Shown here: positions 30,347 through 39,998 of the stretch, one piece after another
Numbering within the stretch: the first letter of the stretch is position 1
Layout of the letters: every line of letters starts with the position of its first letter
DNA from: a virus
DNA: 64,000 nt
Strand: one strand, 5' to 3'
IMG/VR virus record: IMGVR_UViG_3300010149_000001
Span: 1 to 64,000 of that record
The notes under the pieces: generated by a model
Told to the model about the DNA's origin: nothing
Database searches by the model: none
What the model saw: the letters and a program-made list of their open reading frames with translations, nothing else
Made by a program: the position numbers and the translations under genes

Positions 30347-30442
30347 CCCAGCGCAGACAGCATTGAAGTATATCAATGTATATGTTCCATCAATGTTTAT
30401 GTTCCTTAATTGACTTAAACCTCAAAGCACCCCATAATCGGC

Positions 30443-33184
30443 ATGGGCAAGCGTGAGGATGACATCAAAGCATACATCAAAACCAATTTTCCAGAGTCTG
30501 CCAACAAGATTCGCCAGAGCATGAACTTTGCTCAATTGACCAGATTGGTGCAAGACTTGTCTGGCGGTATTCCAAAAGTTCTGGGCGATGTTCCAGATGA
30601 ATTGAAGGACACTCGGATATTCGGCTCAATACAACCAACAACGATAACGACGACAACCACGACTTCTTCTGATTCTGGTTCTGGTTCTGATTTGACAATC
30701 GGGACAGTTTCAACAACAGCGGCTGGTGGACAAGCGGCGGCATCAATCACAGACAACAAACTGAATCTGGTTCTGCCCAGAGGTTCAGCGGGTTCAACAG
30801 GTTCAGCAGGTGCTGATGGAACATCGGCCACAGTCGCTATTGGGACAACCTCGACGCTGGCGGCGGGTGCATCTGCGACGGTTGCCAACACAGGGTCAGC
30901 ATCAGCGTCTGTGCTTGACTTTGGCATTCCACAGGGCGCACAGGGCATTCAAGGGATTCAAGGAATACAGGGCATTCAAGGAACGGCAGGGACAGATGGA
31001 ACTGATGGAACTGATGGGACAGACGGCACAGATGGGACAGACGGTTCAGCGGCAACAATCGCTGTCGGCTCAGTCTCCACAGGGGCGGCAGGGACACCAG
31101 CGACGGTGGCAAATGTTGGAACATCATCAGCGGCAGTTCTGAACTTTGGAATCCCTCAAGGGGCGCAGGGGATTCAAGGCATTCAAGGGATTCAAGGCAA
31201 CGATGGTGCTGACGGCACAGACGGCACAGACGGGACTGATGGGACAAACGGGACTAATGGTCAAGGAGTGCCAACAGGCGGGTCAGCAGGGCAGGTTCTG
31301 AGCAAAATAGATGGGACAGACTACAACACTCAATGGTCAGCGGCAGGTGCTGGCTACACAGATGCAGAAGCGGTTGCGGCGGTTGAAGCAGAACCGACTC
31401 TGGTTCTGACAGGTGAGACATCACTTGGTCAAGTTCCAGAGGACTTGGTGGCAGTTCCAACGACATTCACCAGCGGGTCGAATCAAGTTTCAGTTCCAGA
31501 CGGTTCATTCTTCAATCTGGGCGATAAAATCTCCACGACTGTTGACCCGATTGTTGATTCTGGCGGGTCAGCGGCACAGCCAAACAAGGGCATTATCATA
31601 ACAGCAATCAGCGGCAACACTCTGACAATCAGCAAGACAATCGGGACATCAATAACCACCAACACAGTATTCAAGCGGCCAAGAGGTGTGCCATCAATTC
31701 TGCCAGAAGCACCGTATCTGTATTCAAATCCAACGAACTCAGCAGAGGTGCAATTGAGTGCTGACAGGGCTGGTGGGAATGATGCAATTCTGAGAATAAA
31801 CACGGAGTCTGGTTATCTGAGACTTGGCGCACAGAACGGTTCATTCTGCCACTTCTATACAGACAGGGCATACTTCTATTTCAACAGGCCAATACAAATG
31901 GATGGTGGGGCGTTTTACGCATACAACGATGACCTTGAAATCAAGACTGATGACTCTGGTGCTGACCAGCCCACGAGGATATTCATTGACGCACAGGTTG
32001 ACCCTTGCAGGGTCGGCATTGGGAATGGATTCACAGCATCATCGTTGCCAACAAACACACTCCATGTCAAGACAAGTCAATACCAAGCGGGTGGGGGTTC
32101 TTCTGGAACTTATGACAACATTGGAGATGGTGCTTATGCGGCCAGATTCCAGACAAACAATGGGAATGTTGGAATCTCAAAGTATGGTGGAATCCATCTG
32201 GACAATGACAACACAGCCCCTCTTGATGGCGCAGATTGGTCAACCCAGAGATGGCAGATTGGTCAGCGAGATGGAGAACAATTGGACATCTCGTTTGGAA
32301 CTCCACTCGACACGAATGTTGCGGCTTCTGACACCAAACTGAGACTCAAAACAGACGGCAAGGTTGGGATTCTGAAAGGGGCGACTGACCCAGCCCAAGC
32401 ACTTGATGTGAATGGGACAATCCGTCAGTCAAATGCCACCAATGCCATCATCCATGCAAATGCGAATGGCGACTTGGGCGCATTGACTGTTGGGTCTGGA
32501 TTGTCATTATCTGGTTCAACCCTCACAGCCACAGGTGGTGGAGGTGGCGGTGGCTCTGGAGACTTCATTGGCTTGACAGACACTCCAGCATCATATTCTG
32601 GAATGGCTGGCAGAGTTCCAGCCGTGAACTTCACGGAGGATGCTTTGCAGTTTGTTGACATTTATGGTGCGCTGGGAATGTTCATCGGTGATGCCAACGG
32701 ACAGGTCGGCAACAGCAACAAAACAAAACTGATATTCGATGCCTCTTTTTCTGTTGCAGATGTATCATCCAACACAGCGGTTGTCAGCGTTGCTGGAGGC
32801 GGTGGCGGAGGCGGTGGAGGCGGTCAATTGAAACCCCCAACATCTGGGACAATCATAGGTGGCGGGACAATTCCAGCAGGGATGAATCGTGCCATTCTGA
32901 TTGACGGTGGCGACTTTGAAAATCCAATCACTTTGACTCCACCAACCACGACAACCCACGACTTGACAATCACCATGTATTCAAATGACAGGGCGATTAT
33001 AGACGCTGGGAATGATATGTTCTCCTATATGGATGAAGAGACAGGAGAATCAGAGACTCAAGCAATTCAGATATTCAGCGGAAAGTCAGTTCAATGCACA
33101 TACATGACTGACCCATTGGGTGATGGTGTAAATCGCTGGTTCATCATTGGCAACATTAACAGGGCTTTCAGATTCTTGCTCTGA
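30443..33184 (+). CDS. Collagen-repeat tail fibre / spike protein
   Basis: GIQ/GTD triplets, repeated ATVxxG...LxFGIPQG units, GGSAGQVLSK..DYNTQW, VGI...P...LDVNG fibre motifs. Confidence 0.85.
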   Translation: MGKREDDIKAYIKTNFPESANKIRQSMNFAQLTRLVQDLSGGIPKVLGDVPDELKDTRIFGSIQPTTITTTTTTSSDSGSGSDLTIGTVSTTAAGGQAAASITDNKLNLVLPRGSAGSTGSAGADGTSATVAIGTTSTLAAGASATVANTGSASASVLDFGIPQGAQGIQGIQGIQGIQGTAGTDGTDGTDGTDGTDGTDGSAATIAVGSVSTGAAGTPATVANVGTSSAAVLNFGIPQGAQGIQGIQGIQGNDGADGTDGTDGTDGTNGTNGQGVPTGGSAGQVLSKIDGTDYNTQWSAAGAGYTDAEAVAAVEAEPTLVLTGETSLGQVPEDLVAVPTTFTSGSNQVSVPDGSFFNLGDKISTTVDPIVDSGGSAAQPNKGIIITAISGNTLTISKTIGTSITTNTVFKRPRGVPSILPEAPYLYSNPTNSAEVQLSADRAGGNDAILRINTESGYLRLGAQNGSFCHFYTDRAYFYFNRPIQMDGGAFYAYNDDLEIKTDDSGADQPTRIFIDAQVDPCRVGIGNGFTASSLPTNTLHVKTSQYQAGGGSSGTYDNIGDGAYAARFQTNNGNVGISKYGGIHLDNDNTAPLDGADWSTQRWQIGQRDGEQLDISFGTPLDTNVAASDTKLRLKTDGKVGILKGATDPAQALDVNGTIRQSNATNAIIHANANGDLGALTVGSGLSLSGSTLTATGGGGGGGSGDFIGLTDTPASYSGMAGRVPAVNFTEDALQFVDIYGALGMFIGDANGQVGNSNKTKLIFDASFSVADVSSNTAVVSVAGGGGGGGGGGQLKPPTSGTIIGGGTIPAGMNRAILIDGGDFENPITLTPPTTTTHDLTITMYSNDRAIIDAGNDMFSYMDEETGESETQAIQIFSGKSVQCTYMTDPLGDGVNRWFIIGNINRAFRFLL
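30685..31275 (+). repeat. Tandem collagen-like coding repeats with a duplicated block
   Basis: 9-bp units (gg.attcaa; gg.ac.ga.) and two near-identical blocks. Confidence 0.85.
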
Positions 33185-33234
33185 TATTGAGTTCAATAAA
33201 GGTTCAAATAAGTGTGGCTGTGGTTTCAAAATCC

Positions 33235-33417
33235 ATGACGACTCACGACCCTCCAGATGAGAATACCGAATATCATCCAGATACAGGAATCCGTCTGTGT
33301 AAGGTGTGCAGGTTGGAGATAACTCTGATGAACTCCAGAATGCTTTATGCCAAAGTCTGCGGCAATTGCTATCTGAAACATAAGGCAGATGAAAGAAAGC
33401 GAAAAGGACTCAAATAG
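33235..33417 (+). CDS. Small Zn-finger protein
   Basis: CKVC...CGNC. Confidence 0.6.
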   Translation: MTTHDPPDENTEYHPDTGIRLCKVCRLEITLMNSRMLYAKVCGNCYLKHKADERKRKGLK

Positions 33418-33439
33418 GTGGAACTGTCGCAGAGCAAAT

Positions 33440-33682
33440 ATGGCAGAGATGCACGAATCAGAGACCTTCGCATACAATCGCTCATGGGATGAGATTGAAC
33501 AGATGCTGGACAAGGCAGAAGCCAAACTACACATTCACGAGATGGGAGTCCAGAAGCATAAGCATCGAATGAAGTCGAGAGAGTTCATGTATCACGCAAG
33601 GAACTTCAAGGCGTTGCAGGGCGTTGTCAAGACTCTCCGCTGGACTCTGGGTGCAAGAGGCGTGGACAATCCACTTTCATGA
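33440..33682 (+). CDS. Hypothetical protein
   Basis: 80-aa helical ORF. Confidence 0.65.
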   Translation: MAEMHESETFAYNRSWDEIEQMLDKAEAKLHIHEMGVQKHKHRMKSREFMYHARNFKALQGVVKTLRWTLGARGVDNPLS

Positions 33683-33713
33683 CTTCAAATAGGTGGGCGT
33701 TGACTGTCCTTCT

Positions 33714-34067
33714 ATGATAACCGACGACCCAGCAGAGTATGAACTCTGGCAACAGGAACAAGCCCACATGGAACATCTCGTTGAGGAATATCATCAAGAG
33801 CAATTGGACAAGGCTGAGATGGAGATGGTTGAGATTCTTGGCTGTCTGGCATCATCGCCAGAGTATGGAGATAACCTTCACGCCAACGCTCAGACTGAGA
33901 TGGATATTGCTGGGAGTTATCTGGCTCAAATCAAAACGATTCTGGATGGTGCATCCAAGCCAATCATCGCTTCAATTCTTCAACCTCTGAGGTCTGCTTT
34001 GATTGATTCAGAGTTCATGATTGAAGGAGGGTATCGAGTGCTTGATTCAAGAGATGACAATGTATGA
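33714..34067 (+). CDS. Hypothetical protein
   Basis: Leaderless after class-M promoter. Confidence 0.65.
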   Translation: MITDDPAEYELWQQEQAHMEHLVEEYHQEQLDKAEMEMVEILGCLASSPEYGDNLHANAQTEMDIAGSYLAQIKTILDGASKPIIASILQPLRSALIDSEFMIEGGYRVLDSRDDNV

Positions 34068-34321
34068 CTCGCAACCTTGAATGCCGACGACAGATTCACG
34101 AGGTTCTCTGTGGATATGAGGTTGGGCATCAGTTCATTCTGGAGAAGTTTCTGACCGATATGCAAGAGCGACATTGGCCTAAGAGGAACAGAACAAAGCG
34201 TCAGCCAATTGGTCGTGTCTCCAACATTCTGGGCGAGTATGTGAGGGCTAAATCTCTGAGCAGAACCACTCATTCATCCACAGGATTAAGCACATTCAAA
34301 GTGGTCAAACAGGTCGTCTGA
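34064..34321 (+). CDS. Hypothetical basic protein
   Basis: ATGA overlap. Confidence 0.55.
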   Translation: MTRNLECRRQIHEVLCGYEVGHQFILEKFLTDMQERHWPKRNRTKRQPIGRVSNILGEYVRAKSLSRTTHSSTGLSTFKVVKQVV

Positions 34322-34376
34322 TTCGGCATCTCAATACTCCGAAAGTGTGAATAACCACATAGAGAAAGAACCAGAT

Positions 34377-34979
34377 ATGTCCGACGATGAGATTGAGAGT
34401 GTTGACGATATTGACAAACTGTTGCCAAGCAAGTATGATGAGGCTCTGGTCAGATTCGTTGCAGGTCTGTTGACTCGTGGATATTCAGAGAAAGAAGTCC
34501 AGATGAAATTGGTTGAGAATAGCCTGTTTAACTCTCGTGCCTCGCCCTCTGAGTGGCGGTCTCTTATTCGACAGGCCAGCATCGTTGCTGAGGACATTCG
34601 ATACATGGTTGTCGCTAAGGCTGAGATGGATGACATTGAACATCAGAGATTGGATTCATACTCCAGAAGGCGGCGAGCGATGAGCAGGTTGGAGGCCGTG
34701 ATTGAATCGGCACATCAACAGGCTGACTCTGTGAGCAAACTCAATTCAGTCTCATTCATGGTTGGTGGACTAATCAAAGCACAGGAATCGCTGGATAAGT
34801 TCACAGGGGCGCAAGAAGCCGCACCTCAAGTCGTGGTCAATGTCGGCTATGACCCGATGGAACAATTCAGAAGTGTGATTCAAGACGAGATGAGGACTCT
34901 GGATATTGAAGCCGATACCCAACCTTCTGCTCAGTCAGACGATTCTGAACCAGATGAAGAACAAAAAGAATCAGATTGA
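34377..34979 (+). CDS. Putative terminase small subunit
   Basis: N-terminal HTH-like helices, central coiled-coil, C-terminal beta strand (PQVVVNV); class-L-like promoter. Confidence 0.5.
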   Translation: MSDDEIESVDDIDKLLPSKYDEALVRFVAGLLTRGYSEKEVQMKLVENSLFNSRASPSEWRSLIRQASIVAEDIRYMVVAKAEMDDIEHQRLDSYSRRRRAMSRLEAVIESAHQQADSVSKLNSVSFMVGGLIKAQESLDKFTGAQEAAPQVVVNVGYDPMEQFRSVIQDEMRTLDIEADTQPSAQSDDSEPDEEQKESD

Positions 34980-35031
34980 AAGGTATTGATAGAACCGACG
35001 CATTGATATAGGACACCACTAATGGAGAGGC

Positions 35032-35616
35032 ATGACCCAAGATACAGTCAGCCCAGAAGCCCGCACCGTGAACACCCTTGTCCTTGACACAGAGACAGGA
35101 ACTCTTAACCCAGCCGCTGGGTTTGAGGGAGTCCCATTGGCGAACATCGTCAACAGCCTTGTCAAAGGAAACAAGACAACCAAGACACCTGCTCTTATCC
35201 CAGAAGCAGACCCAAGTGTAGTTCGCAAGACCAACGGAGAGAACTCAGTCAACGGCTGGGACATCACCATCACCAACAACCTCACAGGTGCTACTGTTGA
35301 CTCAACAGGAATCACAGAGATTGGTGAAACAACCATGCAACCTCAACACTCTGGTGTCTCATGGACAAACCTTGTCAAGCAAATTGGTGCTATGCGTGGA
35401 TGCCCTCAGAACGGTGCTTTCATTGAAACCTTCATTCAAGGACTTCAAATGACAGCCGCTGGTGCTGACGCAGAAGCAATCGCTGACCACTACACCAACA
35501 ACGGTGTCAAGTGGAGTCCTCAGTCTGGTGCTAATGCAAAGGCATTCATGGATGAGATTCGCCACACCACCACCAAAGCAACCGCTGGCAAAATCATCAT
35601 CACTCGTGATGTTTGA
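35032..35616 (+). CDS. Hypothetical protein
   Basis: Leaderless after class-E promoter. Confidence 0.75.
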   Translation: MTQDTVSPEARTVNTLVLDTETGTLNPAAGFEGVPLANIVNSLVKGNKTTKTPALIPEADPSVVRKTNGENSVNGWDITITNNLTGATVDSTGITEIGETTMQPQHSGVSWTNLVKQIGAMRGCPQNGAFIETFIQGLQMTAAGADAEAIADHYTNNGVKWSPQSGANAKAFMDEIRHTTTKATAGKIIITRDV

Positions 35617-35642
35617 GTCTGACCAGACAGGTCGGAGTTCCA

Positions 35643-35675
35643 GAGGCTCTGCCCCCCATGCGGGGGTGGAGTCTC
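35643..35675 (+). terminator. GC-rich hairpin after the 35032..35616 gene
   Basis: gaggctctgccccc pairs with gggggtggagtctc (G-U allowed). Confidence 0.5.
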
Positions 35676-36497
35676 GATGTTGATGAGGCGGGATGACCGC
35701 CCACCAGATGCCCAGCCCAGATGCTGGAGATGCTGATGATTGATGCTCGGCTTAGGCTGGGTATGGATTGCTCGCTCAGAGTTCTGGGCAGGTCTCGATG
35801 CAAGTGTCTGAGAGTCATCCAGAATTGATGGCCGACATGACGGGCGGGGGTCAAGCCTTGCTTCTCTCAGATGACGGCGTGGGTGTGTCCAGAGCCAGAG
35901 AATTATTCCAGACGATAGTGAACAGGGCAGGGGGGATGAACATCTCATTCCAGCACCCAGAGCAAAGGAACTGCCCAGAGCAGACCAGACCCCTCCCCCT
36001 ATTCAGCCCAATACCATCTATTTTCTGAATCTCGTTGCACTATGGCCTCAAAAATTATGGTGGAAAATCACTATGTTTTTCTGAATATCAATAGTCCCGT
36101 TCCATCTCTCCACGAAGTTCACACACTTAAACCCTTTCAATATCATACTACTTATGTTCTTAACAAATAATTAAACAAACAAAGGAGGGGTATGGGACAC
36201 ACACATGTTAGAATACAGAAAAGACATACTGCGTATATTGGGGTATGTGTCCTCTGGATAGGGGGTTCGTTTGATTCATTTCACTATCCCCCTTTAGGGG
36301 GATAACTCCAGCAACCCGTTTCTGAGCGTCTAAACACCCCCAGAATCAATTCGTTTCTTTTCTGGGTGCAATTCCAGCACCTCTCAATTCCCTGCTCAAT
36401 TCTTTGATACATCAATACTGTCTGCCCCATCGAAAAACCCATTGAAATCCACAGGTGGGAGATTAGGTTCTTAACTGTGGGAACATCGCCAGAACTC

Positions 36498-36668
36498 ATG
36501 GACAATCCACCGACAACCCGTCAGAATCTGGTCAGAGGCAACGACGACCTCTGGGACATTGTTATGCGACATGTGAAAGCAAACCGCAGATTGAGGACAA
36601 TTCTGTATTGCTCATTCGCATTCAATCTCTGGATGGCGAGCCACATATTCTTGGGCTGGACACCATAA
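36498..36668 (+). CDS. Small membrane protein
   Basis: Class-M promoter; hydrophobic C-terminus. Confidence 0.6.
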   Translation: MDNPPTTRQNLVRGNDDLWDIVMRHVKANRRLRTILYCSFAFNLWMASHIFLGWTP

Positions 36669-36701
36669 CTTTCTTGTATTCGACATTCTTGAGTCGAGGA
36701 T

Positions 36702-36887
36702 ATGCGCTCAGATTGCCAACACCCAGATTGCCTCAAGCAAGACCTCAAAGACGGATTCAGATACTGTGATGGTGAGCATCGAATGTGGGCTGAGAAGCGC
36801 ACTCTGGATGGTCTCGCTCAGTCTAAAACACAGCAAGAGGCTGTCGCTGTTTTGACCAAGTTTGCATTGAAGTGGCAACGCATCTGA
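36702..36887 (+). CDS. Small Zn-binding protein
   Basis: CQHPDC...C..H. Confidence 0.6.
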   Translation: MRSDCQHPDCLKQDLKDGFRYCDGEHRMWAEKRTLDGLAQSKTQQEAVAVLTKFALKWQRI

Positions 36888-36929
36888 GCAACCAACACCG
36901 ATATAACCCCCGAATCGCAACGATGTTGT

Positions 36930-37223
36930 ATGAGTCAGATAACTCACGCCTCTGGAACAGGAACAACAAGTCTGGTGATAGCACCGACACTTGCTATGCT
37001 CAACGGATTCATCATCGCTGGTGGATTGACACAGGTTGAGATTCATGACTGTGCTGAGGTTGCTGACATCGCATCATCGAATCTCGTGTATAAATTGGTG
37101 GCCGCATTTGGTCAACCAATCCAGCAAACATTTGAAGGAGTCATGTTCATGAAAGGACTGACAATTGTTTTCACCGCCGCTGATGGAACTGAAACATTCA
37201 CCGCCAACATCGAGTGGGAGTGA
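36930..37223 (+). CDS. Small beta-rich protein, probably virion-associated
   Basis: Class-L promoter; beta-strand composition. Confidence 0.6.
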   Translation: MSQITHASGTGTTSLVIAPTLAMLNGFIIAGGLTQVEIHDCAEVADIASSNLVYKLVAAFGQPIQQTFEGVMFMKGLTIVFTAADGTETFTANIEWE

Positions 37224-37231
37224 TTTGGAGA

Positions 37232-37630
37232 ATGACATTCAAGACTGACCAGATATTGGACTCGATAATTGTCATCTGCCAATCTGGAGACAAAATCGTT
37301 TCTGTCAATTATCAATCTGGAACACTTCTGGCTGAGATGGATGGAGATTTGACTCAAGCCCAAGTCGCTGTTGTTGAAGCGATTCTGGATTTGCATCGTG
37401 GGAACTGCAACATTGAAACTCAAGGAGTTCTGGTTCTGAATCCAGACGAACCGATTGACAAGTGGATTTATGACCACGACCCAGATGAACCTGTCAATGC
37501 AATATCTCTGACGGTGATGTCCTATGAGGGCAAGCGATTCAAGTGCAAGACACCACTCAAGTGCCGACCAGCGATGGAGGGTGTGTTATTCTGCAAGCGA
37601 TGTCATGCGCTATCTCAAGAAGAAGAATGA
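37232..37630 (+). CDS. Hypothetical protein with C-terminal Cys cluster
   Basis: C....C...FCKRC. Confidence 0.6.
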   Translation: MTFKTDQILDSIIVICQSGDKIVSVNYQSGTLLAEMDGDLTQAQVAVVEAILDLHRGNCNIETQGVLVLNPDEPIDKWIYDHDPDEPVNAISLTVMSYEGKRFKCKTPLKCRPAMEGVLFCKRCHALSQEEE

Positions 37631-37678
37631 CATTGAGAGAACCTATCCATTGATATACTTGCACATCGTGGCAAGAAC

Positions 37679-38461
37679 ATGACCGACATTGAATATATCC
37701 GAATGCCCCATCTCGACCAGCGGATTGAGGTCGTCATGAATGCGGCTCGTCTGATTCAACAATCCATATTCCCAGACTGTTGTTATCAGATGTCAGAGGC
37801 GATGGCTGGTGCGCTTGAGATTCTGGGAGTTCCAGCATACGCTCAAGCATGTGATGTGTATGGATGGAATCACGACTTCTTGAGATACAAGAAAGGCGAC
37901 CACATCAGAATCGAAAATCATAACGACAACCTCAAGAAAAAGAAGAAAAACACACGCCATCCACAGCGAAAGTCCAGCAAAGGCAAACCAATCAAGCAGA
38001 TTGACCCATACACTCTGGCAATATACCACGAGCAAGAGGTTCAAGGCACAGGTTATGACGGCCATGTCATCTGTATCGCAGACGGATGGATTCTGGATGC
38101 AACCGCTGGGCAATTCCACAGGCCACATAAGAGCCTCAATTCACACGCTCTCAACGCCATCCCACTCATGGCATTCCAAGAATATCCAGAAGAGTTCAAG
38201 CAAGCGTGGTGCGAAACCAAGTTCATGGTCGAGACAAGTTTCAATCAAGGGTTGATGGCAATCAGCAAAGAATCCAAAACCGATGGACAATTTGCATATT
38301 GCCTCAGACCAGATATTGAACCCGATAATTGGTTGGACTTCACTCCGACAGCACGAACAAACATTCCCATCTGTCAGAATTGGATTCTGGAGATTGCTCA
38401 GAGAACTCTGGATGGAGATGTGTCCTTTGACATTAACGAACTCCACGAAAAGTTTGGTTGA
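37679..38461 (+). CDS. Possible transglutaminase/papain-like protein
   Basis: DCC...GHV...LD.T.GQF (putative C-H-D triad); class-E promoter. Confidence 0.5.
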   Translation: MTDIEYIRMPHLDQRIEVVMNAARLIQQSIFPDCCYQMSEAMAGALEILGVPAYAQACDVYGWNHDFLRYKKGDHIRIENHNDNLKKKKKNTRHPQRKSSKGKPIKQIDPYTLAIYHEQEVQGTGYDGHVICIADGWILDATAGQFHRPHKSLNSHALNAIPLMAFQEYPEEFKQAWCETKFMVETSFNQGLMAISKESKTDGQFAYCLRPDIEPDNWLDFTPTARTNIPICQNWILEIAQRTLDGDVSFDINELHEKFG

Positions 38462-38492
38462 TTTGATAACGGTGGGACTGATAGGGCAAACC

Positions 38493-38717
38493 ATGTCAGA
38501 AGATGAAACTCCTGTGGATGAAACAGAAAAAGTCATGCAAATCAATGGTCGAAACCAGAAAATGTGGGAACTCCCAGCGAGTTCATCACCATCTGCGGTT
38601 GGAGACAAACTCATGATTCTCATGATGGCAAATCCCCAACAGATATTCAGAGTTTTCAGAGCAGACGAGATGATATTCATCGCCGCCATCGAGGGTGAGG
38701 AATGGTCAAAAGTCTGA
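38493..38717 (+). CDS. Hypothetical protein
   Basis: Leaderless after class-M promoter. Confidence 0.65.
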   Translation: MSEDETPVDETEKVMQINGRNQKMWELPASSSPSAVGDKLMILMMANPQQIFRVFRADEMIFIAAIEGEEWSKV

Positions 38718-39271
38718 CCAATCCATTGAGCGTTGAGCATTTACTTCTTGCCAGACAGTTCTATCGTGAACTCAGAGCAGAGCGACCAGATACTCTGGGA
38801 GGATTGCCCTCTGGAACTTCTTGGCTTCGCTGGAGGTATCTCAGAGATGGCACAGTCAGAACTCTGGCACAGGTCAGATTCACAGACGATGACTTCACCA
38901 TCAGCATCAACCGTTATGCCTTCGACTACTATGACGAGGGCTATGCCATTCTGCTCAAGGGACTCATCCATCACGAACTCTTGCACATCGTCTTGGGTTC
39001 AGAAGAAGGTCATGGGCAGATGTTCACATCTCTGGAGGAATCGTGGGAGGAATATCCAGAATACAAGTATCACAGAGCCAAGTTCGTGCGGCAGATTGAA
39101 CGCATCGAGCGTGGCAAAGGTCGGCTCTGGCAGTATGAATGCCCCAATTGTAGCAAGGTCATATTCAGAACCAGAAAAATCGCCCCAGAGTCGTCATGTA
39201 TGGTGTGCTGTAAAGCATTGAACAACGGAGTTTGGTCAGAATCCTATGTATTGAGGGAACGCAAAGAGTGA
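38702..39271 (+). CDS. SprT-like metalloprotease with Zn ribbon
   Basis: HELLH...HG..F; YECPNC...C..C. Confidence 0.8.
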   Translation: MVKSLTNPLSVEHLLLARQFYRELRAERPDTLGGLPSGTSWLRWRYLRDGTVRTLAQVRFTDDDFTISINRYAFDYYDEGYAILLKGLIHHELLHIVLGSEEGHGQMFTSLEESWEEYPEYKYHRAKFVRQIERIERGKGRLWQYECPNCSKVIFRTRKIAPESSCMVCCKALNNGVWSESYVLRERKE

Positions 39272-39298
39272 TATATGAGATTGATACTCGCTTGACAC

Positions 39299-39793
39299 AT
39301 GCCCAGAAAGCGACCTGCCATTGGCAAAAGAGAATTGAAGAGAATGACCAGAGACCGAATCCAGAAGGAATTGGAGGCTCATGGTCTTGAATGCGAAGAT
39401 ATGACAGCGGGGTCAATCAAATACACCGTTGCCAGATTCATGAATGAACCAAACCAGATTGTAGCCGCTATCTATGGCTCAATCAAAGACTGTGCATCCA
39501 TTTGGGTGAAAGAGTCTGCATTCCAAGAACTGAAACCAGAACTGATGGCTTCTCATCCAGATGCAACCGTCGAAGATGTCTCCCTGTTTCGCAGAGGATT
39601 CCAATGGTCAGTTCACATCAAGTCTCCAGATGACCCTCTGATTCTGAAAGTCGTTGACAAAGCAGTTCTTCATGGACAAGCACGACTCAACAAGACCGTC
39701 AAGCGTCGAGCAGAGGACATACGCAGAGAACAAGCACGAGCAGAGCGTGAAGCGGCTATGGCTGAACGCAAGCGTGATTGGAAATCTGAGTGA
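39299..39793 (+). CDS. Hypothetical protein
   Basis: 164-aa ORF with a TATA-like element upstream. Confidence 0.65.
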   Translation: MPRKRPAIGKRELKRMTRDRIQKELEAHGLECEDMTAGSIKYTVARFMNEPNQIVAAIYGSIKDCASIWVKESAFQELKPELMASHPDATVEDVSLFRRGFQWSVHIKSPDDPLILKVVDKAVLHGQARLNKTVKRRAEDIRREQARAEREAAMAERKRDWKSE

Positions 39794-39998
39794 TTCTTCA
39801 TATACTGTCGGCCAATCAATCTCTTGGAGGTTGGTGTCTGGTAAAGAGATGCGTTGTTGCTACTCTTTTGCCCTATCACTTCCATTCGGCTCAACATCGA
39901 ATCGGGTATTTTCAGCCAGACACCGCCTTCATCCTAATCAGATTCTGCAACATTGATACACCGATGTATTGATATATGGAGACTTGCTGGCAGATAAC

